Assembly (NCBI GenBank): GCA_963850055.1
Contig: CAWKJS010000035.1
Coordinates: 5,226-69,225, forward strand
Origin: an uncultured Nitrososphaeraceae archaeon
GTDB taxonomy: Archaea; Thermoproteota; Nitrososphaeria; Nitrososphaerales; Nitrososphaeraceae
Direction of reading: 5' to 3'
Length of the DNA stretch: 64,000 nucleotides
Part shown: piece by piece, positions 42,259 through 53,838 of the stretch
Numbering within the stretch: the first letter of the stretch is position 1
Layout: each line of letters opens with the position of its first letter
Notes under the pieces: generated by a model
What the model saw: the letters and a program-made list of their open reading frames with translations, nothing else
The model's database searches: none
Told to the model about the DNA's origin: nothing
Program-made: the position numbers and the translations under genes

Positions 42259-44038
42259 CTACTTTTTCAACATTGAGTAGTCATGAATCTTGATTGCTTC
42301 GGATATTAGCTTATTTTGAATTTCAAGTATGTCCTTTGCTTCTGGATACTTTGATCCAACCACCACCTCTGCAACAATATTTGTTATATGTCTGAATAGG
42401 AATTCATCTCCTCTTTGAGATTCGACCTTATAGGTGGAATGAGCCTTATTTACAAAGACGATATTTTCATTCGTAAAACTGTATCTCGGATCTGTTTCAT
42501 CCTCGTAGGGGATCACCTTGTATCCTATTTTTTTTAGCGTGAACGTTTTTTTGAGAATAGGCTTTCTAACAGTTTTTCTAATTATCCCGCTATTGCCATT
42601 AGTGAGGTTGTCGTTGTAATTATTATTTGAAACCTGTGTTGAAGAAGCACTCTCTCTGTTAGTAGAATCGTTAAGTGCAAATTCATTTGCTGAATTCTGG
42701 ATTTCAGAATTGCTTAAAATTTTGTCTCTACCGTCTATATAATTGTCTGATGAATAGGTTTTTGTAGCTTTCTTTGCATTCAAATCATCAAAAGTTGAAT
42801 CGGAATTTCGTTTGCTGTTGTCATCCCCCATATCTGAATCATTGTTTCTATCTACCTGTGTTAAGGTAAAAGATACATTATCGTTTTTATTATTTTCATG
42901 CCCATGATTTGAATATGAATTGCCCAGGAGACTATCTTTTGTGTGACTCGAGTCATCTGTTCCGTTCTCGCCAGCTGGGGATGAAACCTCGACTGATTCA
43001 AATCCTTGAATCTCTTCTACTGGTTCAAGTGTTTCCAAAACAGCTTGACCCATGACTTTATCTATTTCCTTATAAATTTTTGATTCTTCCCTAGTGATGA
43101 GGACATCTTCATATTCTGTTAGGCTTGGAAGTACTTGATCAATTATGAAGGTTTTTACATTTTGATTGAAAGTGTTATAGGTATCATTCTCAATCAAAGC
43201 CGATTTATCTGCAAACCTGGACGTAAGTTCGTCGCATTTTACATATCCTGTAACTCGGCTCAGCTTGTTGTCAAATCCAAATGTGCTCCTCAAAACCACA
43301 TGATTACCTACCATTATTGCTATTCCTTTTTCATCTTGTCCCAAAGGCCTTCTCGCAATAGTTATTTCACCGGTCGTTCTTGGGTTATCTAAATTTACTT
43401 CTAGCTTGTAACCTTGAATATCTGGTGAGCGTATTACTTGGGAATCAGACATATCCCATTCTTTCATATTGTTAGCAGATTTAATATACACCTCAAAGAG
43501 TGGGTATTTTAGAATGGAGAGTTTCTTAATCTCTTTGGAAAGTTTGTTTATGTCAATGCTAATTTTAGGTCCTGTCAACAAGATTTCAGGTACCATTTCT
43601 ACTGAGTCTTGGTTCTCTTATCTCCCGTAATTTTGCTCTTCCCGTAATAAGCTCTTCTAATGTATTTCCATCAATAGTAATGGTTTTGCTAAAATCATCA
43701 AGCCGAGTTTTGATTTTCATTTGATCAAACGAAGTCAAAAATGATAATCGTCCAGTACCATATCTTCCAGTTCTTAATCTTTTCAATTTTGGTGAAAGAG
43801 TCTCTTCAGCTTTATGAGGAGAGCCTAATATCAAAAACTTGTCCATTGAATTTGAGTTCATCCCTGCATTATCTTCAATTACCACGTTGCCGTTGTCTAG
43901 TACTGTTACGAGGACATTCGTTGCATCCTCGTCAAAGGCGTTTTCAATAAGTTCTCTCACTATTTCGTAGGGAGATATCCACGTTTTCGTGGCAAACTCT
44001 TTAAAAAATGATGGATGAACTTTTAATTCCATAGTCAA
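42259..44038 (-). CDS. GHKL (MORC/HATPase_c-like) ATPase, split by a one-base frameshift near 43590
   Basis: RELIENAFD, EDNAGM, GRYGTGR; removing one C joins RNGT to EILLTG, completing the GT box. Confidence 0.8.
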
Positions 44039-44134
44039 TATATTTTAGTTTTTAAGCGAAGATTATTTAAATGAATATTAAAAATTAGTTGATTGAATTC
44101 CTAATTTTTTTTGACAAGCTTAAGCGCAGCGATT

Positions 44135-44332
44135 CTATGTTAAAACAGTATGAGTAAAGCCAAGTATTATGGCGTTAGGAATTAAATCTACTAAACCTAA
44201 GGTTATTTTAGGCGGATGAGTTTCGATGAATGGATGTACTGTCGTATAATAAATTAACAAAACTGGAACTGCAGCACATCCTGCTATAGTTAAAAGGATT
44301 AGCCAAGTAGCTGTCATCTTTCCCGTAAGCAT
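44135..44332 (-). CDS. Small membrane protein
   Basis: 65 aa, hydrophobic segments, TATA-like sequence upstream. Confidence 0.5.
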   Translation of the reverse strand: MLTGKMTATWLILLTIAGCAAVPVLLIYYTTVHPFIETHPPKITLGLVDLIPNAIILGFTHTVLT

Positions 44333-44394
44333 GTCATTTTAAAAATGGTTAGGATATATAAAGATAAAGCTATCATCTCCGGTATTATTTGATC

Positions 44395-44907
44395 TCATAA
44401 CCGAAAGGAAATTTCCTTAAAAGCATTCCAGAATTTGTCTCCGACATAGTGCAGATTGTTTATTATCTGTCCCTTTTGTAATTCTTTGGCGTTTATGCTG
44501 TCCTCAAGTGCTATGCCGACAGATAAATATTTTCCATATTTTTCTTCCTTTACTACTACTATGTCATTTTTCTTGAATTGACTAAACTCTACAATACCTG
44601 GACGCAATATCTTTGCTCCATTACATATGAACTTTATAGAACCCGAATCTACAATTACCGAAGGAAATTTTTCTAGGACTTCGGTTCTGCCCAAAAAAGG
44701 CAGTATAATCTCCTCAGAAATGAAAACTGCTACAAGGGAATCGATAACCAAGATACTCTTATTTTCTTCAATTTCAAATACTTTAATATTCTTAGTTTTG
44801 GGAATCGATATTTTCTCCTCCCAACCATTTACTATTGTTTTGAGTATTTTCTCCGTATCTTTCTTGGATATCACATACGTCTTCAAACAGCTTATTGAAT
44901 TGGTCAT
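44395..44907 (-). CDS. PUA-domain RNA-binding protein (MCT-1/Tma20-like)
   Basis: VIVDSGSIKFICNGAKILRPGI, NLHYVGD. Confidence 0.88.
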   Translation of the reverse strand: MTNSISCLKTYVISKKDTEKILKTIVNGWEEKISIPKTKNIKVFEIEENKSILVIDSLVAVFISEEIILPFLGRTEVLEKFPSVIVDSGSIKFICNGAKILRPGIVEFSQFKKNDIVVVKEEKYGKYLSVGIALEDSINAKELQKGQIINNLHYVGDKFWNAFKEISFRL

Positions 44908-45119
44908 AGATAATAAAGATGTATAATTATTGATAATCTAATAGTGATTATTGGTTATTACTTATTACATCTCATAAAGATTTAGTCATATCTAGCGCGA
45001 ATCTAAAATCAAAAATTTTGCAGTCTATGTGTCTCTTTTTTTTAGATACTTTATCTTATTCCTCAAATTGGAAAAAAAATTTTTATAAATAATCAGACCG
45101 TACATTAAATCTAATTGAG

Positions 45120-45410
45120 ATGAGTGAATTGCCCGATACGAAATATGAGGTTCCAATAAAGCAGGTGGAAAAAACTTTGAAAATAAGTGATAGAGCCAAA
45201 GCTGAGCTAAAGAGCTCAGGGATGATGGATGATAAGGGTAAACTAAAACTAAAGGGTGTCAGCCCAAAAATGTTAAAAAGAATGAAGTTAGAATCTGTAG
45301 ATTGCCCTGTGTTCAAACAGGAACTTGGCTTTGTACAATGCTACGTTTGTAGCAATTTTCATAGTAGAATTAGTGGTGTGGTTCATTGCAAGGGTGATCC
45401 ATTAGAGTAG
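45120..45410 (+). CDS. Small Cys-containing hypothetical protein
   Basis: VDCPV..QCYVC..VHC. Confidence 0.7.
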   Translation: MSELPDTKYEVPIKQVEKTLKISDRAKAELKSSGMMDDKGKLKLKGVSPKMLKRMKLESVDCPVFKQELGFVQCYVCSNFHSRISGVVHCKGDPLE

Positions 45411-45488
45411 TCTGTTTATTTTTTTTATTGCGCTGGTAATAATAGCAAAAGCTTCATAAATAGAAATCCATAGCTATCTTTTGATTAA

Positions 45489-46973
45489 TTGGACCAGAAA
45501 ATCAGTAAGGAATTTGGTATTAGTGTGAAAAAAGATGAAAACTTTAGCGAGTGGTATTCTCAAATAATTGAAAAAGCAGGATTGGCCGATTATATATCTG
45601 CAAAAGGTTTCATTGTCCTCAGGCCATATGGTTTTGCTATCTGGGACCTCATCAAGACCTATCTAGATAAGAAATTCAATGGGACAGGACACCTTAACGG
45701 ATTCTTACCTTGCTTGATACCTGAAAGTCTGTTGAATAAGGAGGAAAAACATTTCAAGGGATTCAATCCAGAGGTATTTTGGGTAACGTCGTCTGGTGAT
45801 TCTCCGTTGAGTGAAAAATTAGCGTTGAGGCCCACCTCTGAGGCTCTCCTTTATTCAATATTTCCGAAATGGATATCCAGTTATCGAGATCTTCCACTTA
45901 AAATGAATTTTTGGAACACTGCTTTGAGGGCTGAAATAAAGTCAACAAAACCCTTCATACGAAATTCCGAATTCTTATGGCAAGAGGGCCATACAGCTCA
46001 CGCTGACAAAAAAGAGGCGGCGGACGAAGTGATGACAATTTTGTATCTCTACAAACATTTTATTGAAAAAGTTCTTTCAATTCCTACAATATCAGGCTAC
46101 AAGAGCAACAAAGAGAAATTTGTTGGTGCAGATTACACTACTGCATTGGAGGGGATGATGCCTGATGGAAAAGCACTACAACTTGGAACTTCCCATAACT
46201 TGGGTCTAAATTTTTCACAACCATTTGAGATTAAGTTTTTGAACAAGAATAATAATGAAGATTTTGTTTGGCAAACTTCTTGGGGGATATCTTGGAGATT
46301 GATTGGAGCCTTAATAATGGTCCATGGAGATGACAAAGGTTTGATATTACCTCCGATCGTTGCTCCAATTCAAATTATTATTATTCCAATTTACAAAAAT
46401 GTAAACGAACATTTAGTTAAAGACCATGCTAATAGACTAAAAGATAGTTTGGTAGCCTTAGGCTATAGGGTTTTTGTAGATGAAAGAGATGAGTTTACCG
46501 CTGGATGGAAATATAACGAATGGGAAATGAAAGGGGTTCCTGTCCGGATAAATATTGGACAAAGAGATATTGAAAGCAATAATGTAGAGGTGGTGAGAAG
46601 AGATAATAGACAAAAAAGCATTGTCCCTATGGAGAATTTGAGTAAAGAAATCGAGAAAATTTTTCAAAGTTTGCAGTCTGATTTGTATTACAAAGCCGAA
46701 ACCCATCTCAAAGAGAATACAAAGATCATAACAAATTTTGACGATTTCAAGAGGAATTTGGATAGCTATTCAGGATTTATGGTGACAGGTTGGTGTGGCA
46801 ATGAAGACTGTGAAGTCAGAGTAAAGGAGGATACTGGAGCAGACATTAGGGTAATCCCGTTTGATTCAAAAGACCTCCCAACTGGACTCAATACGACATA
46901 TGACGTAATTAAAGATTGTATTTATTGCGGAAAAAAGGCAAATAAGATAGTTATCTTCGCAAAAGCGTATTGA
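45489..46973 (+). CDS. proS: Proline--tRNA ligase (archaeal/eukaryotic type)
   Basis: LRPTSE, FIRNSEFLWQEGH, QTSWGISWR, HGDDKGL, FAKAY. Confidence 0.97.
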   Translation: MDQKISKEFGISVKKDENFSEWYSQIIEKAGLADYISAKGFIVLRPYGFAIWDLIKTYLDKKFNGTGHLNGFLPCLIPESLLNKEEKHFKGFNPEVFWVTSSGDSPLSEKLALRPTSEALLYSIFPKWISSYRDLPLKMNFWNTALRAEIKSTKPFIRNSEFLWQEGHTAHADKKEAADEVMTILYLYKHFIEKVLSIPTISGYKSNKEKFVGADYTTALEGMMPDGKALQLGTSHNLGLNFSQPFEIKFLNKNNNEDFVWQTSWGISWRLIGALIMVHGDDKGLILPPIVAPIQIIIIPIYKNVNEHLVKDHANRLKDSLVALGYRVFVDERDEFTAGWKYNEWEMKGVPVRINIGQRDIESNNVEVVRRDNRQKSIVPMENLSKEIEKIFQSLQSDLYYKAETHLKENTKIITNFDDFKRNLDSYSGFMVTGWCGNEDCEVRVKEDTGADIRVIPFDSKDLPTGLNTTYDVIKDCIYCGKKANKIVIFAKAY

Positions 46974-47078
46974 TGCAATACTTTAGGTTCAAATTACTCA
47001 ACTGGATGATATAAGAGATAATTAAAATTTAAACAGAATGTTTATGTAAGGTTTAAAATCCAAATTATTTATTACAAG

Positions 47079-47699
47079 TTGTCAAAAAAGAACAAGGATA
47101 ACAAGAGGAAAGATATAAAGATAATCATAATCATAGTTGTAGTATTTGCTATAGCATTTATTTCTATTAGGACTCTATTGGCCGACTCTAATCCGTTTTA
47201 TGTAGTGGCAAGTGGTAGCATGATCCCTGTGCTCAACATAAATGATTTGATAATAGTTTGGGAGAAAGACAATAGCACCTTTGCCAATGCCAATATAGGA
47301 GATATTATCGTTTTTAAAGCTCCGGATCCTGCGGAAGAAAATAAGACTATTGTACACCGGGTATCAGCTATCATTGAGAAAGGAAATAATTTGACAGGAA
47401 ACGTGATCCTTTGTGCTCCTATTGCCATAAATGAAGTCATACAGGAAAAAACAATTCTGACAAAAGGAGATGCAAACGAATGTTCCATTCCTGGAATAGA
47501 TTTTCCGATAACGGAGGAGAACTATGTAGGGAAAGTTATCTATACAATTCCACAAGTGGGTATCATACCTCAGGTTTTGAAACCGCCTGTAAACTATATT
47601 ATAATGGCCATAATTGCTGGATTATTGATATATTCATTCATTCGTGGCGGTAAAAAGGATAAACAGGAAGAGGAGAAAGAAAAATTAAAAGATGAGTGA
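47079..47699 (+). CDS. Signal peptidase I (Sec11 type)
   Basis: VVASGSMIP, IVHRV, TKGDAN. Confidence 0.92.
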   Translation: MSKKNKDNKRKDIKIIIIIVVVFAIAFISIRTLLADSNPFYVVASGSMIPVLNINDLIIVWEKDNSTFANANIGDIIVFKAPDPAEENKTIVHRVSAIIEKGNNLTGNVILCAPIAINEVIQEKTILTKGDANECSIPGIDFPITEENYVGKVIYTIPQVGIIPQVLKPPVNYIIMAIIAGLLIYSFIRGGKKDKQEEEKEKLKDE

Positions 47700-48222
47700 A
47701 TCCAGTGCGATACCTTTAGAATTGGCTGTATTGATGTATAGGCAGGATGATCCAAACAAATGTACAGCATCGCGACTTGTTAAATTTAAGATGGCTAAGG
47801 AAGTAAGGAGAGTTCCCAACACATTTTTGGTACTCAACCCTTTCGCTGAAAAAATGGTTACCCCTAATGATATGAAAAAATTTAGAGGCATTTGCGCTAT
47901 TGATTGCTCTTGGAAATTAGCAACACAGGTAATTAATAGATCAAAAAAATTCTTTAATAATAGAAAGCTTCCTGCCTTATTGGCCGGAAATCCTACCAAT
48001 TATGCCAAATTAGGAATGCTTTCAACGGTTGAAGCCATATCCGCAGCATTGTATATTTTGAATTACAAAGAAATGTCTAGGGAAATCTTAAATAAATTTA
48101 AGTGGGGGCATACATTTTTGGATTTAAACTCCGAAATCTTGGAGGATTATTCTCGTGCACTAGGACAAGATGAGTTAATAACGATAGAAAAGGATTACTT
48201 TCCACAGATTTTCAACTCCTAA
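47692..48222 (+). CDS. tsr3: rRNA aminocarboxypropyltransferase Tsr3
   Basis: QDDPNKCT, IDCSW, LPALLAGNPTNY, LSTVEA, FKWGHTFL. Confidence 0.92.
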   Translation: MSESSAIPLELAVLMYRQDDPNKCTASRLVKFKMAKEVRRVPNTFLVLNPFAEKMVTPNDMKKFRGICAIDCSWKLATQVINRSKKFFNNRKLPALLAGNPTNYAKLGMLSTVEAISAALYILNYKEMSREILNKFKWGHTFLDLNSEILEDYSRALGQDELITIEKDYFPQIFNS

Positions 48223-48440
48223 CAACAAATTCTACGAAAAGTATAGCATTAAAAAGCGAATTACACTGGAAGGATAATTTCGTTAATACAAGTTAATTGA
48301 AAGATTCAAATATATTTTAATATAAAGTTTTTTGGACTTGGAAAAGAATGGTAATTTTATCTTCAACCACAAAGAATATCCAAAAAACGACTATTGGATA
48401 AGAAAGTTAATAACTTTAGAGTTTCATTTTTACTTGTGAG

Positions 48441-48725
48441 CTAGCGAGCAAGTTACTTCTGGCAATATATAACGAAGAGGAAACTCCTCCCTCATTACGG
48501 GCACCTGAATTAGCGATAATTAGAAGGAGACTTCTGGCAACGAAATAGAAAAGGATCCAGTTGAGATCAAAGGCAATGATGATTAGTAATCTGAGTGATT
48601 TCAATCTTGGAGTGAAACTGTCGACCTAGGTGGAGAAAGGCCAAACAGAGTTAGGAACCCGTACATACACTCAGGTAGGCTGCTTAGCTAAATCTTGCTT
48701 AAAACAAAAGGAGGGTTACTACTAG
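48441..48725 (+). ncRNA. rnpB: RNase P RNA
   Basis: P4 halves GAGGAAACTCCTCC and AAACAAAAGGAGGGTTA; about 285 nt; ends approximate. Confidence 0.88.
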
Positions 48726-48847
48726 GACACATGTTATGGGATTCATAAGGGAAACTTTTCCATTTTGAATCCCATACTATTTATCTTCAGATAAATTTTG
48801 AAAATCTATTAATTCTAATTGTCACTACTGATAAATTGTAATATAGA

Positions 48848-49996
48848 ATGGATGATAATTTAGACTGTCCAGTCTTTCTAACGGGTAACGAACATTCGAG
48901 GTTCTTATCAAAAAGATATGGGTATAAAGAGTGGATGATATCTAGATTTCTAAATTTTATTCCTTATCCTGAAAAGATGCTTGAGTATATCCATAATAGT
49001 AAAAACTTGCATTATTATGTAAGAGTAAATACCCTAAGAACTAATCCACAGGAACTAAAAAGGCGACTCGATGAGAAGGGATATCACTTAAGCGAGACAA
49101 TTCTAAAAGAAGTATTTGAGATAAAGAACCCTGGGTTTGGCGGTATTCAAATTAAGGACACTGGGATTACAATTGATCATCAAAATAATGATGATAACAA
49201 TAACAATAAGGTTGCTGTTACCATGCAAAAAGATTGTGATTTGCAGTCTAGCAAAGATAGTGACCTTGAGTCCAAACAGCCTAGTATAGGTTCAACGATT
49301 GAATATTTGAAAGGATACTATTACATTCAGGATTTGAGCTCTTGCATTGCAGTAGAGGAATTAGAAATTCATGCTGGATCCGATTTGGTTGTATTAGATA
49401 TGGCTGCTGCACCTGGGGGCAAGACCACACATATCGCTCAAAAACTAAATAATAAGGGAGCAATTTTCGCATGTGAATTGAACTCCAACAGACTTGCATC
49501 TCTACTTTTTAACTTGTCACGATGTTTTGTACAAAATACAATTGTGCTTAATATTAAGGCAGAAGAGATAAACAACCTTGATTTACAGTTTGATAGGGTA
49601 CTGCTTGATGCACCATGCACTTGTGAAGGGATTATCATGAAAGATGATACTAGAAAGAAAAGTCGTAATATGGTGGATCTGGAAACATGCAGTAACAGGC
49701 AGAAAAAAATGATTATGTCTGGTTTTAATGTTTTAAAACCAAACGGACTAATGATATATTGTACTTGTTCCTTTGCGCCTGAAGAAAATGAAATGATAAT
49801 ACAATATCTCTTAAGCAATCACAAAGATGCAAAACTCGAGCCATTAAATTATGGAATAAATGGTTTGACAAGCTTTTCAAAGTACCAATTCGACGAGAAA
49901 ATGGTGTTTACCAAAAGGTTCTATCCTCATATCCATTCAACCAACGGATTTTTTATAGCAAAAATAAGGAAGAAATCGAACTACAATGACTTTTAG
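48848..49996 (+). CDS. RsmB/NOP2 RNA m5C methyltransferase
   Basis: VRVNTL, DMAAAPGGKT, LLDAPC, YCTCS..EENE. Confidence 0.93.
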   Translation: MDDNLDCPVFLTGNEHSRFLSKRYGYKEWMISRFLNFIPYPEKMLEYIHNSKNLHYYVRVNTLRTNPQELKRRLDEKGYHLSETILKEVFEIKNPGFGGIQIKDTGITIDHQNNDDNNNNKVAVTMQKDCDLQSSKDSDLESKQPSIGSTIEYLKGYYYIQDLSSCIAVEELEIHAGSDLVVLDMAAAPGGKTTHIAQKLNNKGAIFACELNSNRLASLLFNLSRCFVQNTIVLNIKAEEINNLDLQFDRVLLDAPCTCEGIIMKDDTRKKSRNMVDLETCSNRQKKMIMSGFNVLKPNGLMIYCTCSFAPEENEMIIQYLLSNHKDAKLEPLNYGINGLTSFSKYQFDEKMVFTKRFYPHIHSTNGFFIAKIRKKSNYNDF

Positions 49997-50765
49997 AAAT
50001 TTGACTAATGTTGAAGAGACGATTTTAAAAAGGTCCTTTAATAATTGGGGAATTTTTGAAATTTTTGGAACACTAAGAATATTAATCCGAACCCTGGTTC
50101 TAGATGCCGTTATTAGTGATCAAGAGACAAACATTTCAAAACATGATGACACTTCAAACAAAATCCTACGACGCAATTCATGCAGCAATACTAGGAATAA
50201 TGCAGTTGAAAAATATAACAGCAATAATCAAGGACAAGTTCATACCTTAACATTAGGATACTCAAATGGTATTGAATTTGCTGAGTCAGAAAAAAAAATA
50301 AAGAGAACAGAAGAAGTTTTCGTTCATTCCAACGAAAAATATGACGATATGCTTTTTAATAAATTACATCCAGTTATTATCGGTTTGAAAATCGGTACAA
50401 TTAAGAATAAGAAATTTTCTCCCGGGTTAAATTTTGCCGAATTCGTAGTCAACCACAATAGAAATATGGATTATCCTCACGTTATCATCAATACTAAGGC
50501 TGAAAATCTAATAGTTTTTGGTAGGGATATAATGGGAAGTTCGATTCTTTCGTTTTTCAAAAATATAAAAGAAAATCAACAAGTTATAATATTAAACCAG
50601 AACAAGGAGGTTATTGGATTAGGTAAATCTAGATATTCGGGGAGCTTGATTATTCAACCTAATATAATAACGATAGATACTACTCAGGATATTGGTACAT
50701 ATTATTTAAAAAGTGAAAATAGATTATCTGAATCTATTGATAAAAATATTAACCATTTACTATAA
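49986..50765 (+). CDS. NIP7-like / PUA-domain protein
   Basis: FGRDI..ILNQNKEVIGLG..DIGTYYL; overlaps the NOP2-type gene. Confidence 0.75.
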   Translation: MTFRNLTNVEETILKRSFNNWGIFEIFGTLRILIRTLVLDAVISDQETNISKHDDTSNKILRRNSCSNTRNNAVEKYNSNNQGQVHTLTLGYSNGIEFAESEKKIKRTEEVFVHSNEKYDDMLFNKLHPVIIGLKIGTIKNKKFSPGLNFAEFVVNHNRNMDYPHVIINTKAENLIVFGRDIMGSSILSFFKNIKENQQVIILNQNKEVIGLGKSRYSGSLIIQPNIITIDTTQDIGTYYLKSENRLSESIDKNINHLL

Positions 50766-50800
50766 ATACGAACAACTAAAAAAATATTAAATTCTATTGA

Positions 50801-51856
50801 TTATTTTCTGGCTTTTACTAGTACTAGGATTGCCACTCCTGCCATCATAGCTCCAAATATCAATATGACTTGTAGGGGAAAGCTACCAGAAGAAGTAGCC
50901 ACACCCTGGGGTGCTACGGATGACACAGAGAGATATTCTTTACCTCCTGTTTGTTGAACTTGAGCGAATCCCCCTATCTGCATTTGTCCACTTGGAGGGG
51001 CTGTTAAACCATCAACTTCAACAGTTACCCCATCTATATCACCTGAAGCAGAAGTTTGTTTTACTGTATGTGTTCCTTCTCTGAAACTACTCTCACCCAA
51101 AGAATATATCGAAACTATCTTTGATCCTCCTTCTGTGACAGAAAACCCAAAGCTTGCTGCACCTGCTTGAGCACCAGTTGCGTCAAACAAAAAGTGCCAG
51201 TTATTCATTGACGATCCAAATTCTGCAAAATCCATAATAGGAGTTTCAAATGCAGGAGCTAAAGTTGTATTTTGAATTTTAGCAGCTACCTCTGGAGCTA
51301 GTTTTTCCAAACCTCCGATAGGATGATTAATGTCAATCTGACCATATTCTTCAGTATTTACTATCAATGGTTCTTCTAATGCAATACTTCTCCAATCTAC
51401 ATCCAAAATAGATGTAGAAGTTCCGTTTGATCCAGTTACAAGGTTAGTAATAATTGGATGCAATTCCACCTGGTACGAAACAGTTGAAGATGTAGGTCCT
51501 CCATTGAGGGTTGCTTTATAATCTAGTGTGGCGTTTTCAAATTTTACTAAACTTTGTTTTTGAGAAAGTAATTGATTGTTTATTTTATCCAAAATCTCAG
51601 ATACACCATTACTGCTATCTGAAGAATTCAATGAAAATGAGATTGATGTTTTATTTCCATCTAAGATTTGTGACATAGTGCTATTCGCGGGATACTTTAA
51701 AGTAAGAATTCTATCCCCTGTATAGGAAGCATCCGCCGTATTTATTGCAGGCGAGACTCCTGCTTCCATTTGTATAGCATAGCTTTGATTAATAATCCCG
51801 CTAAAAAAAACAATAGTCAATAATACTATTACATAATCTAGAGACCTTAATTTCAA
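50801..51856 (-). CDS. Exported protein with C-terminal membrane anchor
   Basis: Signal peptide; S/T/G-rich body; terminal TM plus KARK. Confidence 0.75.
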   Translation of the reverse strand: MKLRSLDYVIVLLTIVFFSGIINQSYAIQMEAGVSPAINTADASYTGDRILTLKYPANSTMSQILDGNKTSISFSLNSSDSSNGVSEILDKINNQLLSQKQSLVKFENATLDYKATLNGGPTSSTVSYQVELHPIITNLVTGSNGTSTSILDVDWRSIALEEPLIVNTEEYGQIDINHPIGGLEKLAPEVAAKIQNTTLAPAFETPIMDFAEFGSSMNNWHFLFDATGAQAGAASFGFSVTEGGSKIVSIYSLGESSFREGTHTVKQTSASGDIDGVTVEVDGLTAPPSGQMQIGGFAQVQQTGGKEYLSVSSVAPQGVATSSGSFPLQVILIFGAMMAGVAILVLVKARK

Positions 51857-52044
51857 TATTTTTGAATTCCATTTTCCCTGTTTATAAGCTTATTGAAATA
51901 CCTTTACTTGAGGTGAATTCAAATTGAATACTGCATAATTAGAATTAAAAATTATATTTTATCTAGTCTAAAAGTAAAAAAATCATAACATAACAAAGAG
52001 AAAAAAAACAAATAATAAAAAAAGAAAAATATAGAACTGTAATA

Positions 52045-52971
52045 TTGATTACCATTTTAGCTGGGGGAACAGGTTCTATTAAATTAGTTAGAGGAATGTA
52101 TAAGGAATCAGAAAACATTACAATTATTTCAAATGTCGCAGATAACTTTTGGCATTATGGGCTCTACATTTGTCCAGATATCGATACGATCATCTATGGA
52201 CTCAGTAATAATTTGGACAAAAAGAAGGGCTGGGGAGTCAAAGGAGATTCATTTAATTTCTTAAAATATATGAATACTCTTGGAACTGAAACATGGTTTA
52301 ACCTCGGGGATAAAGATTTGACAACCCATGTTTTAAGAACTCAACTATTGAAAGAGGGGAGGAGTTTAACTGAAATCACGAAATTCTTTACCCACAAATA
52401 TGGTCTATCACTACTCATAGCTCCTGCTTCTGATAATCATTATGAATCAAACATGGTGACTCAAGGCAACAAACAAATTCATTTACAAGAATACTGGATA
52501 AAATACAAAGGCTCGGTGCCGGTGTATGACATTATTTACAATAACATTGAAAAAGCCCGGATAACCTTACAAGCTCAAAAAGCACTTAAAGAATCAAGAT
52601 TAATCTTATTTGCTCCCGGAAATCCAATCACCAGCATTGGGCCAATAATAAGCATACCTGGTATGAAAAACCTTTTGAAGAAGTTAAAAAATAAAATTGT
52701 TATGATTTCTCCCCTTATCTCTAATAGAGCAGTCAGTGGTCCATGTGAAATCTATATGAAGGTGAAGAATATCTCTCCTAATTTGAGGGGGTTAATTGAC
52801 TTTTATTCAGAAATTGCTAATACAATGATCTTCGATAAACTTGATGAATCTGAAATTGAAAAAAAAATAAAAAACCATTATCCTGAAATAGACTTTTGTT
52901 ATTCTGACATACTTATGACGAATTCAAGAAAAGAAACATCACTGGCGCGGTATATAATTTCTAATTTTTAA
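52045..52971 (+). CDS. cofD: 2-phospho-L-lactate transferase
   Basis: LAGGTGSIK, ICPDIDT, WFNLGDKD, PGNPITSIGPI. Confidence 0.93.
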   Translation: MITILAGGTGSIKLVRGMYKESENITIISNVADNFWHYGLYICPDIDTIIYGLSNNLDKKKGWGVKGDSFNFLKYMNTLGTETWFNLGDKDLTTHVLRTQLLKEGRSLTEITKFFTHKYGLSLLIAPASDNHYESNMVTQGNKQIHLQEYWIKYKGSVPVYDIIYNNIEKARITLQAQKALKESRLILFAPGNPITSIGPIISIPGMKNLLKKLKNKIVMISPLISNRAVSGPCEIYMKVKNISPNLRGLIDFYSEIANTMIFDKLDESEIEKKIKNHYPEIDFCYSDILMTNSRKETSLARYIISNF

Positions 52972-52991
52972 GAATAGAATAGGGTTATTTT

Positions 52992-53717
52992 TTGAGCAAC
53001 ACAAGAACGGCAATAATTATTCCTATAAAAAAATTTGAAAAGAGTAAGACACGGTTGAGTGGCTTTCTTAGTCAAAAACAAAGGGCCTGGCTTTGTCATC
53101 TTATGGTAAATGATTTGATTGAAAAAATGTCTGAGTTGGAAGAAAGTAATATGTTTTTGGTTACAAATGAAATTATTCCAATACCGGAAAAATCAAAAGA
53201 AAAGGTGGTAGTGTTATTTGAAGGTCGTAGCAGCGGAGTAAATGATGCTGTCAAAATTGCCGATTGTTATATAAAGAAAAACAAATTTGATAGCTCGATT
53301 GTGATCCCAATAGATATACCTCTGCTAGCGCTAAAAGATATAAAAGAGATCATTTCTTTTGCACGGGACTTTAAAGAGATTATTAGTATGGTTCCTTCAA
53401 ATAGATTCGATGGGACCAACATATTGTTGAGAAAGCCACATTCGATAATAAATACGAGCTTCGATGATAACAGTTTTTTCAACCATTTTAAAAAAGCTCT
53501 TGATAATGGCATCTCGCTGAAAATATTTTACCACGAAAATTTGAAGGTGGATGTTGATACTATCGATGATGTGAAGCTGGCTTTGAAAAAATATCATCAA
53601 GCTAATTCTACTTTCAAAATGAGAGGCTTAGAACAAAAAGAAGTATACAAGAGTGAAAATAGATCGATGGAATATCTATTGAATATCTTTCAGAACAGGG
53701 ATGAACTTGGTTATTAA
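52992..53717 (+). CDS. cofC: 2-phospho-L-lactate guanylyltransferase
   Basis: IPIK..KSKTRL, DIPLL, DGTN, DVDTIDD; follows cofD. Confidence 0.9.
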   Translation: MSNTRTAIIIPIKKFEKSKTRLSGFLSQKQRAWLCHLMVNDLIEKMSELEESNMFLVTNEIIPIPEKSKEKVVVLFEGRSSGVNDAVKIADCYIKKNKFDSSIVIPIDIPLLALKDIKEIISFARDFKEIISMVPSNRFDGTNILLRKPHSIINTSFDDNSFFNHFKKALDNGISLKIFYHENLKVDVDTIDDVKLALKKYHQANSTFKMRGLEQKEVYKSENRSMEYLLNIFQNRDELGY

Positions 53718-53838
53718 GTACTACGGATTTCAATTAAGCGTTTTGTAGTGATTGCGCTTTAAGAAGAATGTAACTAGTTTGACATGAAAAATTCTTTCAT
53801 TCAAGATATTTATTGATAGTATAACAATAATAACGTAC

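Noticed and set aside
48416-48604. 62-aa ORF and an internal ATGATGA..CTGA motif as a separate sRNA
   Set aside because: Both lie within RNase P RNA; the motif is better read as its K-turn
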